Positions 18,157 to 28,261 are shown, numbered from the stretch's first letter. The stretch is 64,000 nucleotides of DNA from an uncultured Acidimicrobiales bacterium (GCA_963801315.1 CAWDEI010000006.1:325146-389145); one strand, 5' to 3'. Notes: generated by a model from the sequence alone, not told the origin. Numbers and translations: made by a program.

Positions 18157-18612
18157 TCACTGCTTGACGGTCGGTTGAGAAGAGGGGCGCGGAGGCAGAT
18201 TGGCCAACCTGACCTGTCCGATGGCGAGCATAGACCCGTCGGCGTCGGAGGTGATACGGATCTCCCAGAGTTGCTGAGTCCGGCCCTGCTGGATCGGGGC
18301 ACCCTCGAGGCGGACCCGTCCGTTCGAGAAAGCCTTGATGAAGTGGGTCGAGTTGTGGACCCCCACGACGTTGTGGCCCTTCGGGGCACCGAAGCTCGCC
18401 CCGAAGCTCGCAGCACCTTCTATCGCGGCGCAGTAGACGCCTCCGTGGACTATCCCCATCGGCTGGTGGTGCTGCGGGCCGATGTCGATCCAGCCCGATA
18501 CGCGTTCTGCAGACACTTCCTCGAAGTGCAGGCCGGTGACGCGCATGAAGTCGCTCACACCTTCGAATGAGGCGATCTGCTCTTCGCTCATGGAATTTCG
18601 GACGAAGGACAT
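18157..18612 (-). CDS. PaaI-family hotdog-fold thioesterase
   Basis: C-terminal 151 aa of ORF 18157..18993, from the ATG at 18612. Contains QPMGIVHGGVYCAAIEGAAS, typical of the PaaI/4HBT family. The upstream extension overlaps ald in another frame. Confidence 0.75.
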   Translation of the reverse strand: MSFVRNSMSEEQIASFEGVSDFMRVTGLHFEEVSAERVSGWIDIGPQHHQPMGIVHGGVYCAAIEGAASFGASFGAPKGHNVVGVHNSTHFIKAFSNGRVRLEGAPIQQGRTQQLWEIRITSDADGSMLAIGQVRLANLPPRPSSQPTVKQ

Positions 18613-18676
18613 GGCCTGCACCGTAACGGGGCTGCGGTGACCCCCGTGCAGCGGTCCGGCAGAAGCGCCGCCCGCT

Positions 18677-19798
18677 CTACGCAAGGCCGAGCAATTCGCC
18701 GAGAGGCGTCGCGACCATTCCGTGAGCCTCGGCGACAGGGGCCGATACGAGCACGCCGTCGACCGTGCTGACTCCGGCTGCAAGTGTCGGGTCGGCACGA
18801 ACCGCTTCGCGCCACCCGTTGGCGGCCAGCGCTTCGACGTAGGGAAGCGTCGAATTGGCGAGTGCGTGTGTCGAGGTGTGCGGCACCGCACCAGGCATGT
18901 TCGCAACGCAGTAGAAGAGTGACTCGTGCACCGGGAACGTCGGGTTCGAATGTGTCGTCGGGCGCGTCGACTCGAAGCAACCGCCCTGGTCAACGGATAT
19001 GTCGACGAGGACCGAGCCCGGCCGCATCTGAGCGACGAGCGAGTCGGGAACGAGCTTCGGAGCCTTGGCGCCCACGACGAGCACAGCCCCGATCACGATG
19101 TCGGCCTCGGTGCACGTCTCCTCGATGGCCTGTGCGCTCGAGGCCACCGTCTCGAGCGCTCCCCGGAAGTGGTGGTCGACCTGCCTGAGCCGCTCGAGGT
19201 TGCGGTCGAGGATGTAGACGCTCGCGAGCATCCCCACGGCCATCGTCGCAGCAGCCATGCCGGCCACACCGGCTCCGAGCACCACTACGTTGGCGCAGCG
19301 GACGCCCGGGACTCCGCACACGAGCACCCCGCGGCCACCGCCCGGCCGCATCAGGTGGTGGGACCCGACGAGGGGTGCCATCCGGCCGGCCACTTCGCTC
19401 ATCGGCGCAAGAAGTGGCAACGAGCCGTCGGCGGACTGCACGGTCTCGTAGGCGATCGACGTGGTTCCCGATTCGAGCAGCGCCTCGGTGAGGCTCCGGC
19501 TCGCGGCGAGATGAAGATAGGTGAACAGGAGCTGGTCCTTTCGGAGCATTCCGAGCTCCCCGTCGACGGGCTCCTTCACCTTGCAGACCATCTCGGACTC
19601 TGCCCAGAGATCCTGCGCCGTACGGACGATCCTCGCACCGACCGCCTCGTATGCTGCGTCGCTGATCGACGAGCCGGTGCCGGCGTCGTGCTCTATCAAG
19701 ACCGTGTGGCCCGAGGAGGCGAGCTCGCGAGCACCCGCAGGAGTCATTGCGACGCGGTATTCGTCCTCCTTTATCTCGCGCGGAACCCCGACGATCAC
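18677..19798 (-). CDS. ald: Alanine dehydrogenase
   Basis: Frame of ORF 18677..20650, from the GTG at 19798. Sequence begins VIVGVPREIKEDEYRVAMTPAGAREL and includes VVVLGAGVAGMAAA. About 374 aa. The GTG overlaps the TGA of the upstream gene (GTGA). Confidence 0.9.
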   Translation of the reverse strand: MIVGVPREIKEDEYRVAMTPAGARELASSGHTVLIEHDAGTGSSISDAAYEAVGARIVRTAQDLWAESEMVCKVKEPVDGELGMLRKDQLLFTYLHLAASRSLTEALLESGTTSIAYETVQSADGSLPLLAPMSEVAGRMAPLVGSHHLMRPGGGRGVLVCGVPGVRCANVVVLGAGVAGMAAATMAVGMLASVYILDRNLERLRQVDHHFRGALETVASSAQAIEETCTEADIVIGAVLVVGAKAPKLVPDSLVAQMRPGSVLVDISVDQGGCFESTRPTTHSNPTFPVHESLFYCVANMPGAVPHTSTHALANSTLPYVEALAANGWREAVRADPTLAAGVSTVDGVLVSAPVAEAHGMVATPLGELLGLA

Positions 19799-21288
19799 AG
19801 TGGGCCCATTATGGCCCCGGGTCGGAGACGTCGCAGCAAGATCGGTGTGAACGAGGTCATCGCTTCCTCGTGCCGCTCCGAGTGGCACGCGCCGCCTTGT
19901 TCCTCCTCCTTTGTGCCTCGACGACCTTCTTCTGCGCCTGAGCTCTGGCGACCGTCCTCCGGTCGCGCAATTTCGGGAGGCGACCGATCGAACGACGGCG
20001 TGTAGCCCGCAGCATCTGCGGGCACCGGAGCGGGACCAGCGGCGGCTGCGAGCAGGACGGTGATACCCCCGACGTCGAGCATCCACCAAGGGAGCCAGCT
20101 GTAGTACCACTGGGCCGTGATGGTCGTGAACACCGCTGCCACTATTGCGATCGCAAACCGAAGGTTCGATCCGCGTGCCGCGACGACGAGTCCGACTGCG
20201 AGCGCGGGCCACAAGTAGTAGTCGGTCATCACGGACTCGGTGTAGCAGCGCAAGGCGAGAGCCAGTGCGAATGCCCACACCAGCATCTCGGGCCGATCGC
20301 GCCAACGCAGCGCCCACCACCCTATGGCGCACGCCAGCAGCAGCGAGACGAGCCGCATGGGACCCCCACCGACCGTCATGTGCGTGCCCGATCCTCCGAG
20401 CTTCGGAGCGAGGAACGTCCAGGGCGTCGCGTGGTCGTTGACGGGCACGGGGTACATGAACGGTTGGTCCAAGAGCGCGTGCAACGTGACGTGCGCGTTG
20501 GACACGAGCGGGGCAAGTACCAAGGCAGCAGCCGGTATGGCACCGCGTACTATCAGTCCCAACGAATGTTTTCTCCCGCAGACGACGATCAAGATGGGTA
20601 GAGCGACGATCACGAGCGGTTGAAAGGCCAAAGCAGCTCCGAACAGCCAACCCGCCCTCGTGAAGCGCCCGTCGATCGCCGCGATGAGCGCGTAGACCGC
20701 GAGCCCGACTGCTACCGGGTATTCGGGGTGCCCCCAGAACACCGAGACGTTGAACAGCACCACGCCCTCGGCCAGCGCGAGGACAGCGCGCTTGCGCCAG
20801 TCAACTCCGAGCCGCTCGGCGAGCGCGTCGCACGCGAACAATGCGAACGCCGAAAGCAGCACGATGTACGGGCCGAGCAACAAGAACGCCTGTGGGTAGG
20901 CGACGATGTGAGTCGGTATGACGTCGGCGCCCATGCCGAGGGCGTTCGCGAGAGCCGCCACCGGTGCGAGCAGTACGAGGATTCCCGGAAACGCGTAGAA
21001 GGAGTTGGCGGGAGCGTAGATGGCTCCGAAGTGCCCGTGGTCGACCGAATTCGCCGCCGCAATGGTTTCCCACAGGTCCCCCGGTGCCTCCCACAACGGG
21101 AGGTGCTCGACGGTCGGCCCCCAGCGGAAGAAGTACGCCATTGCGAGGCCGAACAGGACCACGGTCGCGGATATTGGCCATGTCCTTCTCCTGAGCCGTT
21201 CGGCGAGATCGGGACGAGATGTCTTCGAGGCCGTAACGCGTCGCTGGTTGCGCCTGGTGTCGGCAGCTGCGGGCACGGGCGCCAACAA
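19795..21288 (-). CDS. Polytopic membrane protein, GT-C-like glycosyltransferase candidate (DUF2029/GT87-like)
   Basis: Intact 497-aa ORF with more than 10 hydrophobic segments and a hydrophilic charged C-terminal tail. The family guess rests on topology and composition only. Confidence 0.5.
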   Translation of the reverse strand: MLAPVPAAADTRRNQRRVTASKTSRPDLAERLRRRTWPISATVVLFGLAMAYFFRWGPTVEHLPLWEAPGDLWETIAAANSVDHGHFGAIYAPANSFYAFPGILVLLAPVAALANALGMGADVIPTHIVAYPQAFLLLGPYIVLLSAFALFACDALAERLGVDWRKRAVLALAEGVVLFNVSVFWGHPEYPVAVGLAVYALIAAIDGRFTRAGWLFGAALAFQPLVIVALPILIVVCGRKHSLGLIVRGAIPAAALVLAPLVSNAHVTLHALLDQPFMYPVPVNDHATPWTFLAPKLGGSGTHMTVGGGPMRLVSLLLACAIGWWALRWRDRPEMLVWAFALALALRCYTESVMTDYYLWPALAVGLVVAARGSNLRFAIAIVAAVFTTITAQWYYSWLPWWMLDVGGITVLLAAAAGPAPVPADAAGYTPSFDRSPPEIARPEDGRQSSGAEEGRRGTKEEEQGGACHSERHEEAMTSFTPILLRRLRPGAIMGPL

Positions 21289-21303
21289 TACGGTCCGGCG
21301 TGG

Positions 21304-22406
21304 TCACGCCGCGACGGCAGGCCTCCGTGCGCTGAACCGCTCCAGGTCGATTCGGGGCGACCGGCCGGTAGCCAGGTCGGCCAGCAGCTCGCCTAGAAGT
21401 GGCCCGAACTTGAAGCCGTGGCCGGTCGTGCCGGCACCGACGACGATGCGACCGAGACGATCGAGCACGAAATCCCCGTCGCTCGTCGAGTCGTAGAAGC
21501 ACCGTTCGGTCGATACCGGTTCGGTGTGATGGGAAGGCAGCAGCCGTGCAGTCTGCTCAGCGAGTCGCGCCAGCAGCACGGGGTCGGGGTCGAGGGGAGA
21601 GTCGTCGGGATGAGCTACGGGTCCCGCTCCGTGCATGGCCACCTTGAGAAGACCGGTCCCTCCTGTGGGGAGCCCGTAGACCCAGGGGCTCGCCCGCTCG
21701 ATGAACACCGGAACGTCGGATGCTCGTCCGGTGACGGGTGCCAGGAATGCGACCTGTTCCAGCCTCGGCGCGAGTCGAAGGCTGACCCCTGCGCTCTCGA
21801 GCAACCCCGAGGTCCAGTGACCCGCACACACGACGGCGACAGAGGCGTTCACGACGCCATTTCCGTCTGCGCCTGTGTCTGCGTTTGCGTCTGCGGTTCG
21901 GATGCGGACACGGGCGCCGGCGTCTGAGATCGAGGTGGCGGTCGCGTTCTCCCGCAGCTCCGCGCCGGCCGACTCTGCGCTTCTGCGGAGCGCCGAGAGA
22001 ATTTGGTCGGCGGCCAGGACCCCGGACTCCGTCTCGAACAGGACGGGACCACTCGCCCGGATCGCGGGACGCGCGAGCTCGCCTCGGCGGCGTCCAGCTT
22101 CTCGAAGGGGGCACCCGCGGCGGTCATGGCCTCCGCGAGCACATCGAGCCCGTCCCCGAAGGAGAGCTGTCCCGTCGACGTGAGAAGCGTCCTGCCCGAT
22201 TCAGCCTCGAGCTCGTGCCACATGGGCTTCGCGGTCAGCGCCAGCGAGACGTAGTAGGGGTCGTCGTAGCCGAGCCTGAACACCCGCGAGCTTCCCTTGG
22301 AGCCGGCCCTCGGGTGCCCGACGGTCGCGCGCTCTAACAGCAGCACCTCGCGCTGTCGCCTTGCGAGCGCCCGGGCAACGGCGAGACCCAGCAGGCCGCC
22401 GCCCAC
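21304..22406 (-). pseudogene. Monomeric sarcosine oxidase / N-methyltryptophan oxidase-like FAD oxidoreductase, frame-disrupted near 22078-22086
   Basis: The N-terminal half (ORF 21849..22406: VVGGGLLGLAVARALARR...FEKLDAAEA) continues only after a -1/+2 shift (ELARPAIRASGPVLFETESGVL...). That frame is contiguous with ORF 21304..21852 (CAGHWTSGLL...TGHGFKFGP). I also found no canonical start codon upstream of the Rossmann beta-1 strand (EDVEFAVVGGG). Confidence 0.7.
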
Positions 22407-22458
22407 GACGGCGAACTCGACATCCTCCGCGCGTCGGTCGCGGCCGGGTCCGGCCGCT

Positions 22459-22899
22459 TCAGCCGTCCCGCGATTCGAGGTGGGCCTTCATCGCGTCGAG
22501 CGCCTGCTGGTAGGTCCCCACGAGAATGTCCGTCAGGTGATCAGGACTCACCTCGACGTGCCAGCTGACCTGACTGCCGTCACCTTGCACATGGACCTCG
22601 ATCCTGCCCAGGTGCGACTCGGTGTTGAGCGGGCTATCCACGATCGAATATTCGAGAAGCCGGGCGGCATCGTCGCGGCGCACCAGACGTTCGGTGATCT
22701 CCATGCCGAACACCTCGAGTACGCGGGTGTCACCCTCCACCCTGCAGGCGTCGACCCCGGGCATCCACCCGTCGAGCCCGCCGAAGTCGCCCGCCAAGGC
22801 CCAGACCTCTTCCGCCGGCCTGTCGATCGAGACGACTGCGTCTGCAGACCCCACCTTGCTCGCTCCCTTCGCCTCTGGCGCTGCGGCTTCGTCAGACAC
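22459..22899 (-). CDS. SRPBCC-family (START-like) protein
   Basis: Frame of ORF 22459..22938. The GTG at 22899 overlaps the end of the upstream gene by 8 nt. Typical SRPBCC N-terminus IDRPAEEVWALAGDFGGLDGWMPGV. Confidence 0.65.
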   Translation of the reverse strand: MSDEAAAPEAKGASKVGSADAVVSIDRPAEEVWALAGDFGGLDGWMPGVDACRVEGDTRVLEVFGMEITERLVRRDDAARLLEYSIVDSPLNTESHLGRIEVHVQGDGSQVSWHVEVSPDHLTDILVGTYQQALDAMKAHLESRDG

Positions 22900-23158
22900 C
22901 GGCGTCGAGCATGTCGCGGACTTCTTGCAGCGTTGCACCTTCGGGGGGCACCACGAGATCGGACTTCCGGTCGTCGTCGTCGGCCAGTGCGTGCGCGGTG
23001 CTCCTCAGCTTGGAGATGAGGCCGGACAATGTGGCGGAGAAGGCTTCTTCGTTGCCCGCCTTGAGCGCTGTGTCAAGGTCCGAGTCGAGACGTTCGATCG
23101 CGGGAAGGTCGTCGTCTCCGACCTCGTAGAGCCGGTCACCGAGTATCCGGACGATCAT
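22892..23158 (-). CDS. PspA-associated protein PspAA
   Basis: 88-aa ORF beginning MIVRILGDRLYEV...VVPPEGATLQEVRDML. It closely resembles actinobacterial PspAA proteins as I remember them. Its ATG overlaps the pspA stop codon (ATGA). Confidence 0.65.
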   Translation of the reverse strand: MIVRILGDRLYEVGDDDLPAIERLDSDLDTALKAGNEEAFSATLSGLISKLRSTAHALADDDDRKSDLVVPPEGATLQEVRDMLDAGV

Positions 23159-23955
23159 TTTCCCGCTCCTTCGGTGTCGTCGATCGCTCCCTCTGCGACG
23201 TCGTCTGTAGCGGCCTCAGGGGGCGAGGACGCAGGCAGCGCCTCGGGAGCGCTCGCAGACGCGATCTCCGCCTTCATCGCGGCGAGTTGAGCGTCCACGT
23301 CCGACTGCGCCGACGCAGCGTTCAGTTGGGCCTGGATGTCGTCGGGCGCCGATCCGGTGACGTCGGGCAGTGCCCCCGACGACAGAAGCTCGTCGACCGC
23401 CGCCGAACGGGCCTGCATCTGAGCGATCTTGTCCTGAGCCCTCTGCATCGTCATCCCGGCATCGGTCATCGATTCCGAGATCCCGGAGACCGCTTCGCCC
23501 ACACCGGCCTCCGCCTTCGAAGCCTGATAAGTGGCCTTCATCGTCTCCTTCTTGGTGCGGAAGGACTCGATCTGTGCAGCGAGCCTCTGTGAGGTCTGCG
23601 TGAGCTGAGCCTGCTGGGCGTCGACCTGCTGGTGCTGGGTCCCGAGGGCTTCCAACTGCTCGCCGATCGCGGCGCGGCGGCCGAGCGCCTCGCGAGCGAG
23701 ATCCTCCTGCCCCTGGGAGAGCGCTTGCTTGGCCTGCGACTGAAGCTTGTCGGCTTGCGTCTTCAGGTCGTTGGCCTGCAGCTCGAGGCGCTTCTTCGCA
23801 GTGGCGACGTCGGCAAGCGCACGGCGCACCTTTTGCAGGTTCTCAAGTTGCTTCTCGTATGTGAGATCGAGCATGTCGGCCGGGTTCTCGGCCTTGTCAA
23901 GGGCCTTGTTGGCCTTTGCCTGCACGATCCCCGAGAGGCGCTTCATGACACTCAT
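23155..23955 (-). CDS. pspA: PspA/IM30-family (phage shock protein A-like) protein
   Basis: Frame of ORF 23155..24219, from the ATG at 23955. Begins MSVMKRLSGIVQAKANKALDKAENPADMLDLTYEKQLENLQKVRRALADV. Long coiled coil followed by an acidic tail. Confidence 0.85.
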   Translation of the reverse strand: MSVMKRLSGIVQAKANKALDKAENPADMLDLTYEKQLENLQKVRRALADVATAKKRLELQANDLKTQADKLQSQAKQALSQGQEDLAREALGRRAAIGEQLEALGTQHQQVDAQQAQLTQTSQRLAAQIESFRTKKETMKATYQASKAEAGVGEAVSGISESMTDAGMTMQRAQDKIAQMQARSAAVDELLSSGALPDVTGSAPDDIQAQLNAASAQSDVDAQLAAMKAEIASASAPEALPASSPPEAATDDVAEGAIDDTEGAGK

Positions 23956-24068
23956 CGTGTGGCCTTTCGTGGTGGTCGGCTTGTTTGGTCTCGGTGGTCT
24001 CTGTTCATCGGCTGGGGGTTCATCTGTCTGGGCTCTGCGGGTCATCTGCTCTGGATCATCGGTGGCGG

Positions 24069-24530
24069 TCAGGCGAGCAGCCCGTGAAGTGCCGCCCAGG
24101 TCTGCTCGCTGGTCTGTGCCTCGGCAGCAAGAGCGCGGGCGAGCGCGTCGAGCCACTCTGGCAGTGACACGGGCTTCGAAGACACGACGATCCCGCGCAC
24201 CGGCCGGTTCACGGTGCATTCGATGCCGCCTCCCTTTCGTATCGCCTCGAGCAACACGCCGGCGCCGGTCGAAAGGTCGACGGTGATGCCCACAGCGGGC
24301 CGGTCACGCTTGAAGAGCCCTCCCTCGCGCTTTATCTGGACGCGGTCCCCTAGGGCGTCCGCGAGTTTCGATGCGAGCACCCTGAAGAACGAGTCGGTGT
24401 CGGAGGCGTCGGCCCGGATCGCGGCGGAAAGCTGGTCGAATTCGAGATTGTCGGTGCCTGCCTGAGGCTGGGCGTCGTTCGTCGGGGATGTCAACTCCGT
24501 TGACGGGTTGGGCTCGATCTCGTTCCCCAC
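24069..24530 (-). CDS. Hypothetical soluble protein (153 aa) immediately upstream of pspA
   Basis: C-terminal part of ORF 24069..25145. The GTG at 24530 follows GAAGGGA. Amino-acid composition looks protein-like (low Arg, balanced). No family recognised. Confidence 0.45.
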   Translation of the reverse strand: MGNEIEPNPSTELTSPTNDAQPQAGTDNLEFDQLSAAIRADASDTDSFFRVLASKLADALGDRVQIKREGGLFKRDRPAVGITVDLSTGAGVLLEAIRKGGGIECTVNRPVRGIVVSSKPVSLPEWLDALARALAAEAQTSEQTWAALHGLLA

Positions 24531-24619
24531 CTGCCATCCCTTCTGAGTCCGACCGCAGGCTGCGTCTCGTTGGTCGAATCTAGTCCGCCAGCAGGCATTG
24601 TCGGCCCGGATCAGGGTTT

Positions 24620-25242
24620 TCACCCTGAGGGCTCTCGGGGGTCCCTCCACATCGGCCACACCGTCGGTCCGCCGGGCAGACGGACCTCGCCGGTCTTTTC
24701 GAAGCCGTGCCGTGCGTAGAACGCGATGTTCTGCTCCTTCGAGGATTCGAGATATGCGCCGACGCCGTCCCGGTCGCACATGTCCAATACGGGCTTCAAC
24801 AGTGACGAGCCGATGCCCTTGCCCTGAAGGTCGGGATCGGTCCCGAGGACCGCCAGGTAGTAATGGGGAGGCGATGCCGGATGTCGCTTCTCCACTGTCG
24901 ACAAGGTGCGGACGGCGTTCAAGGTGCCGGTGCCGAAGCTTCTGATGAAGCCGGGAGTGCCCCGGAGGTATTGGGACGGGGTCATGCGCCAATGTCCCGG
25001 TGGGTCCCACAGCGCCGCTCCTGCGCACGTTGCGTCCGTGTAGCACGTGGAGTGGGGGATGTGCTGAAGGCGCATCGCCGTCACGAAGTATGTGGACAGT
25101 CGTCTCAACGCGGCTCGCCGGATCCGGCATGAGGAATTCCCACACGGGATCGTCTTCGAAGGCGCGAGACAGGCTGGCCGCGATCGCGGCGATGTCCCGG
25201 GGGGTGGCGACGCGCGCAGCGGGGGACAGAAGACTGGCTCAT
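24620..25242 (-). pseudogene. GNAT-family N-acetyltransferase, two frame disruptions
   Basis: The gene reads in three frames. (1) ATG at 25242 gives MSQSSVP. (2) After an extra C in a C5 run (plus-strand G5 at 25221-25225) it reads AARVATPRDIAAIAASLSRAFEDDPVWEFLMPDPASR. (3) After a second +1 shift near 25108-25116 it reads LRRLSTYF...GAALWDPPGHW...LQGKGIGSSLL...YARHGF. Confidence 0.65.
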
Positions 25243-26964
25243 GTTCCGAGAATAAGTGCCGACCGCCCATGGGTTGCGAACTCTGATTCGAGCGCGGCCA
25301 CATCGTCGGCATCGAATAACCGGTATTCCTGACCGGCGCGATCCGGACGCCATATGACTTCGTCGGCGCAAGACCACCGTTCGTTCTTGATCGTGCTCTT
25401 CGTGATCTTCCCCGTCGCAGTGAGCGGCAGGGCCGAGACGATCCTCACGAATCGCGGTGCCCACTTGGTGCCGAGGTCGGCCTGTGCCGAGAGGAATCCT
25501 CCGAGACCCCTGCGGAATTCCTCCGCTGAGGTGCCCGCGCGGAACTCGACGGCCGCCATGACCTGATCGGCACTCTTCGGGTCGGGCACCGCGTAGACAG
25601 CCGCCGCCACGATGTCTCGATGACGCTCGAGTATGCGTTCGACAGGAGCAGCGGCGAAGTTCTCCGAGTCGACCCTGAGCCAGTCGTCGTTCCGGCCGGC
25701 GAAATAGACGAATCCCTCCTCGTCTCTGTACGCGAGGTCACCCGTCCAGTACCAGCCGTCGCTCAGCCCGCGCGACGTCCGCCTCCTCGTTGTTGAAGTA
25801 GCCCTCGAAGACCGCGGCGTCGGAGCGGCACGCGAGCTCCCCGATGGCCGCGTCCGGGTTGAGTATCCGGCCGGCCCCGTCGATGCGTCCGCGGTCCTTC
25901 TCGCGTAGCGACTCCCTGTCGAGCACGGCGATGCCTTCCGCGGGCAGGCCGAGCGCATCCGGAGGCGTGTCGGGAGTGCGGGTGATGGCGATGCCGCCCT
26001 CGCTCGAGCCGTATCCCTCGACGAGCCTGCACCCGAAACGCCTCTCGAACTCGACCCTGTCGTGGGCCGAGGCTTCTGTGCCGAACCCCACCCGAAGAGG
26101 CGTGGCGGCATCGTCCGGACGCTCGGGTGTGGCGAGCACGTACGCGAGAGCCTTGCCTACATAGGTGAAGCGCGTTGCCCCGTAGCGACGGACATCGTCT
26201 TTGAATCGCGACGCACTGAACCGGCCACCGAGCGCGATGCAGGCTCCGACATGGAGTGCGGGTGCCCACAACGCCATCACGGCGTTCCCGTGGAAAAGTG
26301 GCATCGGGCAGTAGCAGACATCGTCTCTCTCGAAGCCGTAGATCTCCGATGCGCGCCAGCCGATCGCCGCCAACCTTCCCTGAGTGCAGCGCACCGCCTT
26401 CGGCGAGCCGGTGGTACCCGAGGTGAAGATCAGAAGGTAGAGGTCCTCGGGCGAAACTTGACGTGCCGTGGCATCCGGATTCGTGGCTCTCGAATCCAGG
26501 CTGCCCGAGTCCGAGGGCCGATCGACGCTCGGGTCGACGATGATGACCCTGGACTCGTCGACACCGGTGTCTAGGCCGTCGAGCAGAGCGGCTCCGGTTG
26601 CGTCGGTAACGATCATCTGGCATTCGGTGAAGCGGATGTCGCGGGCGAGCTCCTCACCCCGGCGGGTCGGATTGATCCCTACCACCACCGCACCTGCGAG
26701 TGCCGCGCCGCCCAGCCAGAACAGGTACTCGGGCACGTTGTCGAGGAGTATCCCGATGTGGGGAGCCGCTCCGCTGAGCAGTGAGCGTGCCACGAGGGCC
26801 CGTTGCCGGCTCTCGGATATCACCTCGCGCCACGTCCAGGTCCGGTCCCCCGACAGCAGTCCGGGCCGGTCGTCGGATGCGCGTTCCTCGATCATCCGGG
26901 CGACGGTCGACGGGGGCGCCGGCTCCGATTGAGGCTCCACCGGAGGCTCGACCCGAGGTTCCAC
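25239..26964 (-). pseudogene. Acyl-CoA synthetase / AMP-dependent ligase (FadD-like), frame-disrupted at 25768-25770
   Basis: The body lies in the frame of ORF 25738..28053 (IFTSGTTGSPKAV, EGYGSSEGG). After ...NNEEADVAR the conserved LSDGWYWTGDLAYRDEEGFVYFAGRNDD...TATGKITK continues in the frame of ORF 25239..26111, with an extra G in a G-run on the coding strand. The start is uncertain: GTG at 26964 or 26940, or ATG at 26895. Confidence 0.8.
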
Positions 26965-27687
26965 CGCCGGAGTGTCGCACTCAGCTGCCGGGTGCGTCGA
27001 CCCGCCCCACCGATTCAGCCGCTGTAGCTGCCCGAGCACTTCCTCGCCGGCTGCATTCGTCACCCTCACCGCGTCGATCTCGGCAAGAGGAACCGCACAG
27101 CTCATCGTCACGTCGACGCCTCCGCCGATCGCTTCGCGGTACGTACCCGCCTGCCACCACGATCCGTCGTCAGCCCTCATCGAGACGGTGAGGACCCCAC
27201 CCGAGTGCCCGCCCGACGCTCTCAGCTCGACGGAGGTTCCCCAGGACTCGGCCGTCAGACGCACCGTCGCGCTACCACCTGCCGGGCCGCTCAAGGCGAT
27301 CTCGCGGGATGGTCCGGAAGTGACATGGGCCTGCGATCCGACGACCACCTCTGTCGTGATCGCCGCTGTGCCGACGGCGAGCAACACCACGGCAGCAGCA
27401 GCAGCGAACCTCATGCGCGTCGAACGGCGGTGCCGGGCGACCTCGGTGCCGAGAGACCCGAGGACAGCGGAGCGAAGCGACTCGGGAACCGCGAGCACCT
27501 GGTCGACCCTGTTCGGGTCGGCTGCGGCGAGCCCAGGTTCCAGCACCGACAGACCGACGAGCTCGTTACGACAGTCCTCGCACCCGTCCAGGTGTGACTC
27601 GAGCGACAGGCGCTCCGATTCCGGCAGCCGGTCAATAGCGGCGAGCGCTAGCTGGCCCCTCGCTCGCTCGCAGCTGAGTGTGCTCAT
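26965..27687 (-). CDS. Anti-sigma factor (zf-HC2 type, single TM, extracytoplasmic domain); 3' boundary undefined
   Basis: The ATG at 27687 overlaps the sigma factor stop codon (ATGA). An H-x3-C-x2-C motif (HLDGCEDC), a TM segment (FAAAAAVVLLAVGTAAI) and a beta-rich C-terminal domain are present. No stop codon separates it from the acyl-CoA synthetase reading frame. Confidence 0.7.
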
Positions 27688-28232
27688 TGCTCCCACCCCA
27701 TCTCCTCGAGGACGAGCCGGAGCGACCTGAGTGCGTAGAAGAGGCGGCTCCTCACCGTGCCTTCGGGAACCCCCAGGCGGGCGGCGACCTCGCGACCTGG
27801 CAGGTTTCGGAAGTAGATGTCCTGGACGACCGCTCTGTGCTCGGGTCGAAGCCGGCGCAGGGCCTCCTCGACCTGCCATCCGAGCATCGCCTGCTCGGCC
27901 TGGCCGTCGGCGGCGGCCGGCTCGTGCACGAGCTGATCGGCATCGTTCGACGTCCGCTTGTGTGCGAGGTCGATCACCGCCCGCCTCTCGATCGCGAACA
28001 GCCAGCTTCTGAGCGAACCGAGGCTCGGGTCGAAGCGGTGGCGCGACCGCCAAGCTCGCATGAAGGTCTCCTGAACCGCCTCCTCAGCCAACCCGTTGTC
28101 GCCGAGCGATCGGCGCGCGAACCCGAACAGCTCACCTCCGTAGGTGACGAACGCTGAGTTAAGGCCGGCCTCGTCGGCGGCTTCGACGTTGCTGTCGGAC
28201 TCTGTGCGTCGTTTGCCACGCGCCGATGCCAT
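27684..28232 (-). CDS. ECF-type RNA polymerase sigma-70 factor
   Basis: Frame of ORF 27684..28565, from the ATG at 28232 (182 aa). Region 2: VQETFMRAWRSRHRFDPSLGSLRSWLFAI. Region 4: VVQDIYFRNLPGREVAARLGVPEGTVRSRL. Confidence 0.85.
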   Translation of the reverse strand: MASARGKRRTESDSNVEAADEAGLNSAFVTYGGELFGFARRSLGDNGLAEEAVQETFMRAWRSRHRFDPSLGSLRSWLFAIERRAVIDLAHKRTSNDADQLVHEPAAADGQAEQAMLGWQVEEALRRLRPEHRAVVQDIYFRNLPGREVAARLGVPEGTVRSRLFYALRSLRLVLEEMGWEQ

Positions 28233-28261
28233 ATGCGTCAGGGTCGGGTTGACGGAGCGGC

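Noticed and set aside
18677-20650. 657-aa ORF suggesting a very long alanine dehydrogenase
   Set aside because: Homology to Ald starts at the GTG at 19798. The upstream ~284 codons overlap the intact 497-aa membrane protein gene in another frame and are Arg-rich noise typical of high-GC DNA.
21861-21900. GTCTGC-rich microsatellite-like stretch (translated as QTQTQTQAQT or VCVCVCVC in wrong frames)
   Set aside because: In the reconstructed sarcosine-oxidase-like frame it encodes an ordinary ADANADTGADGNG loop. It is imperfect, short and low-complexity rather than a defined repeat element.
25738-28053. 771-aa ORF as a single protein
   Set aside because: It is a concatenation of an Arg-rich antisense-type leader, the anti-sigma factor (from 27687) and most of the acyl-CoA synthetase. 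It is treated as separate genes with an unresolved junction (see findings).
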